Below, piece by piece: positions 9,208 through 17,096 of a stretch of 29,950 nucleotides of DNA. Position numbers and translations under genes: made by a program. Location: the NCBI GenBank assembly GCA_043803765.1, contig JAZDJQ010000005.1, forward strand, positions 1 through 29,950, in the 5' to 3' direction. Source of the stretch: Candidatus Iainarchaeum sp. (lineage in GTDB: Archaea > Iainarchaeota > Iainarchaeia > Iainarchaeales > VGJJ01). Below the pieces are notes generated by a model, which worked only from the letters and a program-made list of their open reading frames with translations, made no database searches and was not told the origin of the DNA. Position 1 is the first letter of the stretch; each line of letters begins with the position of its first letter.

Positions 9208-10499
9208 TTCTTCGCCCCGAAAAAAGTTAATGCTTCTTGCAGTGCAGGATGTTTTTTTCCATACAATTCTAAAGTTACTCCTTTTTCAATTGCTTCCCAT
9301 GCTTGATGCAGACTCTCTGCTCCTGCTTTAGGTCCAGACGGATGACCAAATACACCGCGTCCTGGAACCATACTAAAATCAATTGTGTTAAACGTTTTAT
9401 ACATCAGGGGTAACGACCCGGCCCAATCACTGCCTCCTGGAATAGGAAGTGATGTATTCAGCCCGTGCATATCATACAGGCAAGCATTTACATTTGCTTG
9501 CACTTCTTCTTCGGTTGTCATCATTCTTTTTCCCAAACCCGGCATGATAATAGCATCGCATCCTGACAACCTTGTTAAACGTGTGATTAAATCAGAATTA
9601 ACCCCAAAATTGGGCATGCGGGAAAAAGCAGCAACAAAATCAAAGTGAGAAAAAATAGGTACTTTCGTATGTTTGGCCAGCATTCGCACTGCACTCCATC
9701 CTAGTGTCATCGTGTTCACCATAATAGCATTGCCTCCCATTCCTACTACCGTGTCATGCAGTTCTAACAACCGGTCTACTTCATCCGTAATATTAGCAAT
9801 GTACATCTTGGGCTGCCCTGTCTTATCTTCGGCTTTATGCATTTCATGAATAACATATTCAAGTCTTTTTTTGATTGGAGAATACGCCACATCTGCAAGC
9901 ATCTCGTCATCTTTGCATACATCTAATCCACCCATCCATGCTTCATATGCAAGTTTGGCAAAATCCCCCGGTTGAAGACCAATATTAGGTTTAACCACTC
10001 CAGTAAATAGAGGACGATTGTACACGTTTAATTTTTTACGTATTCCTTTCAATCCAAATATTGGACCGGTAAACTGCCTCACAAATGAACGAGGCAACTC
10101 CACATTCACCAGTTTAATTGCATTCATGCTCGGACAATGAAATGCCCCTTCTCCCGCAGCAGCCGTAATAAGATTAGGTATTTTGGGTCCAAAATTAATA
10201 ATAGGGTGTGCAATAGTGACTAACGCTGTTGTATATACTTTTCCATCTAAAAATTTGGCGAGAAGAGGAGTTGATTTTTTTCCTAATACTTTGCATGAAA
10301 GGACTTTTGCTCCATGTTGGATTCGAAAATCCTCTTTTACTCCCACGCGGTGCCATTGTGCTGTGCTCTGTTCTTGGCATAAATGAACAGACGCTTCAAT
10401 TGGGTCGATAGGAGTTTCTATCAGATACGTGAACTTTGCATATTCGTCTCCTACGGATGCATCGAGAGACAAAAATCCATTCATATCTTCCTTGTTCAT
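9204..10499 (-). CDS. RuBisCO-like protein, form IV (C. tepidum/IV-Photo-like)
   Basis: EQSTAQW.RVGV.EDFR, IAHP..NFGPKIPNL, KPNIG, GGLD..KDDEMLADV, ANITDEVD, PGGSD, PGRGVFGHP.GPKAGA. K177 is replaced by N, so it is not a carboxylase. Confidence 0.93.
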   Translation of the reverse strand: MNKEDMNGFLSLDASVGDEYAKFTYLIETPIDPIEASVHLCQEQSTAQWHRVGVKEDFRIQHGAKVLSCKVLGKKSTPLLAKFLDGKVYTTALVTIAHPIINFGPKIPNLITAAAGEGAFHCPSMNAIKLVNVELPRSFVRQFTGPIFGLKGIRKKLNVYNRPLFTGVVKPNIGLQPGDFAKLAYEAWMGGLDVCKDDEMLADVAYSPIKKRLEYVIHEMHKAEDKTGQPKMYIANITDEVDRLLELHDTVVGMGGNAIMVNTMTLGWSAVRMLAKHTKVPIFSHFDFVAAFSRMPNFGVNSDLITRLTRLSGCDAIIMPGLGKRMMTTEEEVQANVNACLYDMHGLNTSLPIPGGSDWAGSLPLMYKTFNTIDFSMVPGRGVFGHPSGPKAGAESLHQAWEAIEKGVTLELYGKKHPALQEALTFFGAKK

Positions 10500-10500
10500 C

Positions 10501-10926
10501 TTATTCCCCCACTATCGTTATATTTACGTTTCGTTGCTTCCGCGGTCCATCCAATTCAACAAAAAAGATACGCTGCCATGTTCCTTTCACGATGACTCCT
10601 TCTTGCACAGGAAGGGTTTCAGATGCACCTAACATCCATGATCGTAGATGCGCATCCGTATTTTTTCGATTATCAACAGGTGCGATATCGTGTCCATACC
10701 CTTTTCCTGCAGGCACCATTTCTTTGAAAAACAGTTCAACATCTTTTAATAAATGAGGCTCGCTCTCATTCACGCGTATCCCGGAAGTAGTATGCATGGT
10801 GGCAATGTTCACTATCCCTTTTTTTATTTTTGCGCGTTTCACGATGTGTTCAACCTTTCTCGTTATCTCAATTATTTGAAAACGCATGGTTGAATCAATA
10901 GAGATTTTTTCGTACACTGTTTTCAT
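10501..10926 (-). CDS. yjbQ: YjbQ/UPF0047 family (secondary thiamine-phosphate synthase-like)
   Basis: HTTSGIRVNE, HD.....N.DAHLRS, GTWQRIFFVELDGPR.R. Confidence 0.9.
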   Translation of the reverse strand: MKTVYEKISIDSTMRFQIIEITRKVEHIVKRAKIKKGIVNIATMHTTSGIRVNESEPHLLKDVELFFKEMVPAGKGYGHDIAPVDNRKNTDAHLRSWMLGASETLPVQEGVIVKGTWQRIFFVELDGPRKQRNVNITIVGE

Positions 10927-10948
10927 GATTCTTTTCCCTCACGTACGA

Positions 10949-11611
10949 TTAATAAATCCGCCTTCTTTTTACATGTAATTGGATTCTCCTCCCAAATTTT
11001 CCCCATCCCCTAACGAGTGTTGGCGCGCAGGGTTTTTTCCTAATGAACGTGCTCATTTCCTCTATTGGAATTCTTCCCAGTTTTTCAAATTCGCTCCCGG
11101 GATAAATGCGTTTTCCTTTAGGTAAAAAAGTGTAGTGGAAATGCACTCGTTCCGCATGATGATAAATTGTTTTCCCTACTTTTTGCACGTCCCGTACATC
11201 CACCCATCCCAAATAGTGCAGTGGAGTGGTAATTCCTAATTCTTCCTTCATTTCTCTTTTGGTTCCATGCAGGATGGTTTCATTGGAATGAACATGTCCG
11301 CCAATCGAAGTATCCCATTTTCTCGGGTGGAGTTTTTTTCGGTGCGAGCGGTATTGAAGAATAATATTTTTTTTCACATCGATGACAAACACATGTCCTA
11401 CAGAGTGTAAAAGTCCGTGTTCGTGTGCGAATAGTTTGGGTATTTTTCCTAGTGTTTTTCCCTTTTGGGATAACCATTCAACATATTCAAGAGGCTGATT
11501 AAGTATCTCATTCGATGGATTTTTCTTTTTCTTCGTTTCTTTTTTGGAGTATTTTTTCAGCGAAGAATAAGTCTTCTTGGGTGGTAATCTTGATGTTTTC
11601 ATATCCGCCAT
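10949..11611 (-). CDS. NUDIX hydrolase, IDI-1/YfcD-like (start uncertain)
   Basis: AHEHGLLH.V.HVFV...LQYRS..K..HP.KWDTSIGGHV..NE....G.KREMKEELGI Nudix box. The only ATGs lie inside ispD. Confidence 0.85.
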   Translation of the reverse strand: MADMKTSRLPPKKTYSSLKKYSKKETKKKKNPSNEILNQPLEYVEWLSQKGKTLGKIPKLFAHEHGLLHSVGHVFVIDVKKNIILQYRSHRKKLHPRKWDTSIGGHVHSNETILHGTKREMKEELGITTPLHYLGWVDVRDVQKVGKTIYHHAERVHFHYTFLPKGKRIYPGSEFEKLGRIPIEEMSTFIRKKPCAPTLVRGWGKFGRRIQLHVKRRRIY

Positions 11612-12230
11612 CCACTACAACAGGTTTGATCCCTAGCCGTTCAACCAGTTGAACGTCATCTGTTCCATAAAAGCCTTCTTTTAATGCTTTTTCATGTGCT
11701 TGGAGGAATACTCCATATTGAATGCATTGAGGGGTTTGCATTCCCCATAATTCATCCCGTTTGAGTGTTTCAATTATTTTTCCATCTTCTCCTACTTTTT
11801 TGATCGTGTCCTTTACTCGATAGGCGGCTGCGCTTGCTTGGTAGTGTTGAGCAGCATGAATGCATTCGGAGATTAATTCTTTGGAGATAAGAGGATTGGC
11901 TGCGTTGTGAACCAGCACAACATCATGATTCTCCGGATGTAATTCCTGAAGCGCCATTAGACCATTTCTCACTGAGTCCTGCCGCTCTTTTCCCCCTTCA
12001 ACAATTTTTTTTACTTTCGTTAAGTGCAAACGATTAATCCACTCGAGTAGAGGTTTCATCCATGCTGAATGGATGATAACCGTAATGCTTGTTATTTTTT
12101 CATGTTCTTGGAATAATTGGAGCGAGTGCGCAATGATAGGTTTTCCTCCCAGCATGAGAAATGATTTGTTTACACTTGTTTTCATTCTGCTTCCGCTGCC
12201 ACCCGCTCCCACTAATACGTGAACACCCAT
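11508..12230 (-). CDS. ispD: MEP cytidylyltransferase
   Basis: AGGSGSRM...K, GGKERQDSV, VKDTIK, QTPQ, TDD, NIKITTQEDL. The cluster context favours IspD over TarI. Confidence 0.92.
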   Translation of the reverse strand: MGVHVLVGAGGSGSRMKTSVNKSFLMLGGKPIIAHSLQLFQEHEKITSITVIIHSAWMKPLLEWINRLHLTKVKKIVEGGKERQDSVRNGLMALQELHPENHDVVLVHNAANPLISKELISECIHAAQHYQASAAAYRVKDTIKKVGEDGKIIETLKRDELWGMQTPQCIQYGVFLQAHEKALKEGFYGTDDVQLVERLGIKPVVVDGGYENIKITTQEDLFFAEKILQKRNEEKEKSIE

Positions 12231-12343
12231 AGAATACTATATGGACTGCGGGGTTAAATAGAATAGGCTTTTTTTCCTATTATGCGGGGGAAAAAGAGCC
12301 CATAATGCAAGTAATCATTGCAGGGTGGTGAAAGTTGGGTTCA

Positions 12344-12730
12344 TTAAGAATCGCTTTTAATAATGCTACGACGATTTTTGCTTCCGCAAGTGCATTTCAT
12401 TTCAAAACCAGGAGTTTCATCTTTCGAATAATCGTCCGTAATTTCTTCGCCTTTCTTAATATCTCTTTTAGCTACATGGGAAAAATTGTCCACATAGGTA
12501 TTGGCATCACAAGAATGATTGACATATCTCGTAGGAGGCTGCATTAAAATATATTTTCCTTCCGCATATGCAACAAATCTCTTTTCGTTCTCGGATAATC
12601 GGTCAACTTCTTTCTTTGTCAATTGATGGGTTATGTCCCATTTAACAACAATTTCCCCTTTCTTAAAATTGCGTGATGCAAATACTCCTTTCCCATTAAT
12701 TTTAGATTCTTTTACAACAATATCTTTCAT
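12344..12730 (-). CDS. Small SET-domain (lysine methyltransferase-like) protein
   Basis: SKINGKGVFA...KKGE, RYVNHSCDAN, RDIKKGEEITDDY, post-SET CTCGS. Confidence 0.88.
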   Translation of the reverse strand: MKDIVVKESKINGKGVFASRNFKKGEIVVKWDITHQLTKKEVDRLSENEKRFVAYAEGKYILMQPPTRYVNHSCDANTYVDNFSHVAKRDIKKGEEITDDYSKDETPGFEMKCTCGSKNRRSIIKSDS

Positions 12731-12811
12731 ATTGGAATGGATGATAGATTATTTTTATCAATGTATCGGAGCCGGATTTTATTTCTTTGGAAAAATTCGT
12801 TTTACCCTTCA

Positions 12812-13960
12812 TTATTTTTCCAACAATTTCAGTGTTTCTTTCCGTGCCCATGCGTCCGCAGCCATTACATCTTCGATCGTAGGATTGATAGTGTTGTGAT
12901 GGGCATTCATTACTTGGTGAATCGTATTTTGAATATCCAAAAACTCTATTTTTCCATTCAAGAATGCTTCTACTGCGGTATCATTGCTTGCGTTTAACAC
13001 GCAACAAAGTGTTCCTTTTTTTCGTGCAGCTTCTAGTCCCATTTTCAAGCAGGTGAATGTTTCCATGTCGGGTTGTTCAAACGTGAATTGTTTGGCTTGA
13101 ATAAAATCAAATGGTTTAATGTTCAATGGAATTCGTTTGGGGTGCGTTAACGCATATTGGATGGGTATCCGCATATCATGGTGTCCTACCTGTGCCATAA
13201 TGCTTCGATCCACGAATTCTACCATTGAGTGAATAATGCTTTGCGGGTGCACCACCACGTCTATTTTTTCTGCCGGAATGTCGTATAACCACATCGCTTC
13301 ATTGACTTCAAATCCTTTATTCATAAGTGTTGCAGAATCAATCGTTATTTTTCCACCCATTTTCCATGTAGGATGATTTAATGCCTGTTCTTTCGTAACG
13401 CCTATTAATTCGTTTTTCTTTTTTCCTCGGAAAGGGCCTCCTGAACACGTGATAATCAGTCGTGAGACTTCTTTCACATTTTCTCCTTTCAAGCATTGAA
13501 AAATAGCCGAGTGTTCTGAATCAATGGGTGTTAATTCAATCCCATATTTTTTTACTAATGGCATAACAACGGCTCCTGCGCTTACGAGTGTTTCCTTGTT
13601 TGCCAATGCTATTTTTTTTCCTGCATGAATTGCTTCAATAGTGGGTTTCATTCCAATATTTCCCACTAATGCCTGAACGATAGTATCCACGCTTTCCCAT
13701 CGCGCGGCTTCATTCAATCCATTATAACCGGATAATACATGCACGTTTCCATTCGTTTTTTTCTTCAAATGATCCGCTTTTTCTTCGTTTACTAAGCAAA
13801 CGGCTTCGGGTTGGTATTGCTTTATTTGTTTTTCCAACAACTCGATGTTGCCGTTCGCCGTGAGCACTTTTACCGAAAATTCACGGGGGTGCTGGTCTAC
13901 GATGTTTAATGTTTGCGTGCCAATGCTTCCCGTGCTTCCTAATATTCCAATTCGTTGCAT
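12812..13960 (-). CDS. dxr: DXP reductoisomerase
   Basis: LGSTGSIG, LANKE, IDSEHSA, SGGPF, HPTWKMGGKITIDSATLMNKGFE, HPQSIIHS, DMRIPI. Confidence 0.98.
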   Translation of the reverse strand: MQRIGILGSTGSIGTQTLNIVDQHPREFSVKVLTANGNIELLEKQIKQYQPEAVCLVNEEKADHLKKKTNGNVHVLSGYNGLNEAARWESVDTIVQALVGNIGMKPTIEAIHAGKKIALANKETLVSAGAVVMPLVKKYGIELTPIDSEHSAIFQCLKGENVKEVSRLIITCSGGPFRGKKKNELIGVTKEQALNHPTWKMGGKITIDSATLMNKGFEVNEAMWLYDIPAEKIDVVVHPQSIIHSMVEFVDRSIMAQVGHHDMRIPIQYALTHPKRIPLNIKPFDFIQAKQFTFEQPDMETFTCLKMGLEAARKKGTLCCVLNASNDTAVEAFLNGKIEFLDIQNTIHQVMNAHHNTINPTIEDVMAADAWARKETLKLLEK

Positions 13961-14170
13961 GATAATCTCCCGGGAGGGTCAAGGTTTATTAGACCAACCT
14001 AATCCCCAGATTGCTTCTGGAATGTATCGAGAAAGGAGATACATCCTTGCATAAGAGTCATGCAAATCGGGCATTGTCGAAATAGTTATTGGTGATTCTT
14101 TGGAATTCGAGGTGGGTTTTTAACACAAAACCCGTTGGGTGGTGGTAGAACAAATAGGAGGAAACTCTGC
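13961..14170. promoter_or_regulatory. Divergent dxr/ispH control region with multi-hairpin segment and inverted-repeat-flanked TATA-like element
   Basis: Four consecutive stems at 13982-14065, GGGTTTT-TAACAC-AAAACCC at 14114-14133, GGAGG before ispH and GGGAG before dxr. Confidence 0.5.
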
Positions 14171-15184
14171 ATGGAGATTGAACTTGCCCGTGCGGCAGGA
14201 TTTTGTTTTGGCGTTAAGCGCAGTGTAAAATTGGCTCATCAAACACTGGAAAAGGGTCCTGCTTATTTGTATGGAATGCCCGTGCATAATCAGCGCGTAG
14301 TGCAAAAGATTATTGATCATGGTGGAAAACTCGTAGAGGATAATCCGTATGCTGCCTCCAAGATTTCCCGTTTTACCCATTTGGATTCGATGGATGATAT
14401 TCCGGATGGAAGCACGGTGCTAATGCGTGCCCATGGTGTTCCCATCCGGGCGAATGAAAAGGCGAAGGAAAAAAACCTCCAGGTCGTGGATACTACCTGC
14501 CCTTTTGTGACGATGGTGCATAAAACCGCCCGATTGCTGGCGGATGAAAAATATCAGGTGATTGTAGTGGGAGAGCATGGTCACCCGGAAGTAGAAGGAA
14601 TCAAGAGTTATGCTCCTAACGCAATCGTTGTGGAAAATCCGGAGGAAGCACGCAAGCTTTTTCCAAAAAAAACACAATATTATACGAATGATGAATTAAT
14701 GAAAGCAAAGAATGATGCGGAAGTAGTGGAGAAACTCCATTATCCCGTGCTCACGAAGATTGGTATTGTTTCCCAAACCACTCAATCCAATGATAATGTG
14801 CACGCGATCACGATGGAATTGCTTGGAAAAGCACGTGAAGTAAGGGTGTATAACACTATTTGCAATGCCATGCATGAAATGCAGCCCGGAGCGGTAGCAT
14901 TAGCAAGCAATGTAAACCCGATGATTATTGTAGGGGGGAGGAATTCGGGGAATACTAAAAGGCAGTATGAATTGTGCGCTAAGAAAACCACAACGCATTG
15001 GATTGAGTCCGCGGAAGAATTGAAACCCGAATGGTTTGTGGGGAAAAAACATGTGGGGATTGGTGCGGGAGCCAGTACCCCGGATGAGGATATTGAAGAT
15101 GTCATTTCTTGGATACAAAAGTATGATAAAGAAACGAATCATGTAGAAAGTAGAATAATTCGGCCCGAATATGTCGTACATTAG
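14171..15184 (+). CDS. ispH: HMBPP reductase (4Fe-4S)
   Basis: Start reassigned to ATG 14171 (RBS GGAGG). AGFCFGVKR, VHN, RAHG, DTTCPFV, HPEVEG, SQTT, NTICNA, GASTP. Confidence 0.96.
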   Translation: MEIELARAAGFCFGVKRSVKLAHQTLEKGPAYLYGMPVHNQRVVQKIIDHGGKLVEDNPYAASKISRFTHLDSMDDIPDGSTVLMRAHGVPIRANEKAKEKNLQVVDTTCPFVTMVHKTARLLADEKYQVIVVGEHGHPEVEGIKSYAPNAIVVENPEEARKLFPKKTQYYTNDELMKAKNDAEVVEKLHYPVLTKIGIVSQTTQSNDNVHAITMELLGKAREVRVYNTICNAMHEMQPGAVALASNVNPMIIVGGRNSGNTKRQYELCAKKTTTHWIESAEELKPEWFVGKKHVGIGAGASTPDEDIEDVISWIQKYDKETNHVESRIIRPEYVVH

Positions 15185-15198
15185 AGAACGCGGTTTTA

Positions 15199-15609
15199 TT
15201 GATGGATGTGGGAAAAAATATGGAAAAAGAAGACGTGCACCGTGTCATGCGTGCATATGGAAAAGCATGGGAGAAGCAGGACACGAAAACAATACTTCGG
15301 TGTTTTTCTTCGAATGGAGTATATCAAGAAAGTCGGCTCGCAAAGCCTTATCGTGGACATGCACAGATTCGTCGATTTTGGGAACGAGTGGTTGTTTGCA
15401 ACACGCGTCGCGTGAAGTTCTCACTCAAAACGTGTTATGTTTCCAAGGATAGAAAAACGGGTTTCGCTGAATGGGAATGTACGAATGAGTTTCGGGAGAA
15501 AAAAAATGCTCCATGGGTTTTTCATCTGATGGTAGGAATAATGGTTTTACGCATGCGTGCGGGAAAAATAACGTATTTGAACGAGTACTGGAATATGAAA
15601 AAGGAGTAA
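15199..15609 (+). CDS. SnoaL/NTF2-like protein
   Basis: YGKAWEKQD...F...GVY.E...PYRG..QIRRFW...AEW...GKITYLNEYW is a typical NTF2-like pattern. Confidence 0.8.
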   Translation: MMDVGKNMEKEDVHRVMRAYGKAWEKQDTKTILRCFSSNGVYQESRLAKPYRGHAQIRRFWERVVVCNTRRVKFSLKTCYVSKDRKTGFAEWECTNEFREKKNAPWVFHLMVGIMVLRMRAGKITYLNEYWNMKKE

Positions 15610-15613
15610 TGCG

Positions 15614-16510
15614 ATGAAAATTCTTTCCCCCGCCAAGCTCAATCTTGTATTGGACATTTTACGCAAGCGCAAAGATGGTTATCATGAAGTGGATTTCGTG
15701 ATGCAGGAATTAATGTTGCGGGATGAGGTGGAAATAGAAAGTGTCCAAGATTCTTCTCACATTTTGATTTCGTGCACCGACCCTGCCGTCCCAATAGATG
15801 AAAAAAACACGTGTTATCGTGCCGTTCAACTCATGCAGGAAGAATGCCGAAAAAAAGGAAAAACGATTCAGGGAGCACGCATTCACATTGAGAAACGCAT
15901 TCCTTCTGCCGGAGGATTAGGAGGAGGGAGCAGCAATGCTGCGTCGGTGTTAAAAGGGTTGAATGGGTTGTGGAAACTTGATTTGTCCAAGAATGTGCTC
16001 GCTGATTTGGCGGGAAAAATTGGTAGCGATGTTCCTTTTTTTATTTATGGAAAAACATGCCGTGCACAGGGAAGGGGAGAAATCATCACTTCTATTTCCC
16101 CGTGTCCCGTGCTTCATTTGGCATTTATTGTTCCTCCGGTTAATGTTCCCCCCAATAAGACCCAGTGGATTTATTCTCATTTTTCAGTTGATAAAGTAAT
16201 GCAGCACCCTTCCGTAGAGAATATGATGCGTTGTTTATCCCAATCCAACTCCAGCGCTGAAACGATTGCCTCTCACATGGGAAACGCGTTTGAGTATTTG
16301 GATATTCCCCAATATGATGTTGTGTTTTCTGCCATTGAGCAAATAAAAAAACTTCCCGGTGTTTTCCAGTGCATGCTCGCAGGCGCAGGCCCTACCATTG
16401 TGGCAGTGTGTGATTCTGAAAAAACAACCTCTCAACTTATTCAACCTTTCCGCATGCAGGGATGGGTGGCGTTTGCTACACAGACGGTTAAACGCGCTAC
16501 GGCTGATTAA
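15614..16510 (+). CDS. ispE: CDP-ME kinase
   Basis: PAKLNLVLDI..KRKDGYHE, KRIP..GGLGGGSSNAA, GSDVPFF, GRGE. Confidence 0.96.
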   Translation: MKILSPAKLNLVLDILRKRKDGYHEVDFVMQELMLRDEVEIESVQDSSHILISCTDPAVPIDEKNTCYRAVQLMQEECRKKGKTIQGARIHIEKRIPSAGGLGGGSSNAASVLKGLNGLWKLDLSKNVLADLAGKIGSDVPFFIYGKTCRAQGRGEIITSISPCPVLHLAFIVPPVNVPPNKTQWIYSHFSVDKVMQHPSVENMMRCLSQSNSSAETIASHMGNAFEYLDIPQYDVVFSAIEQIKKLPGVFQCMLAGAGPTIVAVCDSEKTTSQLIQPFRMQGWVAFATQTVKRATAD

Positions 16511-17084
16511 TCAGTGGCGTGGCGGGCAAGGCGGGTATCTGGATGAGTGACCCGAGTGCCAACAATACGAGCACTGCCAGCACCAGCTGAATCACTTTAA
16601 CCAATACACTCTTTCCCATGCCCATCTGATTGGCCACGGACACCTGCACAATGGAAAGATATGCCATGTACAGTCCCAGAACGGCAAACGCAATGACACC
16701 CAGCGGCGGAAGAATAACCAGTACAATGAACAAGATGAGTGAAACAGAATATAGCGGCATGACAAACTGGGATGCCAGGAAAATATTTCCGGTATAGGCT
16801 CCTTTTCCACCCAGCAGTTTGGCAATACTCCAGTCCAGGAAGGCAGTCGGCAGATAGTACGCCAGCAATCCTATCACAAACAGGATGGGAAACAACACCA
16901 ATGATATTCCAAAAGTTAAAACAGCCGGCAAAAGTCCTGCAATGACACCGATGATTACACCATGAATCGCAAACCGTTTAATCGCGGCCTCAGCAGTAGC
17001 GCGCGGCAATGCTTTCTGTAATTCCTCGCGTGGATGAAGCAGTACTTCATACAATGAAAATGGGTTTGTTTTCTGTTCGGCCAT
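16497..17084 (-). CDS. Yip1-like multipass membrane protein
   Basis: VLLHPRE...; about five hydrophobic segments; IAKLLGGKG.Y motif. Confidence 0.7.
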   Translation of the reverse strand: MAEQKTNPFSLYEVLLHPREELQKALPRATAEAAIKRFAIHGVIIGVIAGLLPAVLTFGISLVLFPILFVIGLLAYYLPTAFLDWSIAKLLGGKGAYTGNIFLASQFVMPLYSVSLILFIVLVILPPLGVIAFAVLGLYMAYLSIVQVSVANQMGMGKSVLVKVIQLVLAVLVLLALGSLIQIPALPATPLINQP

Positions 17085-17096
17085 AGATGCATCACC

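Noticed and set aside
9204-10499. Bona fide CO2-fixing RuBisCO (form III, AMP pathway)
   Set aside because: KPNIG in place of KPKxG and the overall motifs match form IV; no AMP phosphorylase or R15P isomerase in the window.
11520-11550. Programmed -1 frameshift at AAAAAAG joining ispD and NUDIX
   Set aside because: The heptamer is not in the required phase, and the NUDIX frame is +1, not -1.
10949-11611. Calling the NUDIX gene idi
   Set aside because: The catalytic Cys motif is absent, so it is left as a NUDIX hydrolase.
14135-14170. Longer ispH start
   Set aside because: The GGAGG RBS and the family N-terminus support ATG 14171.
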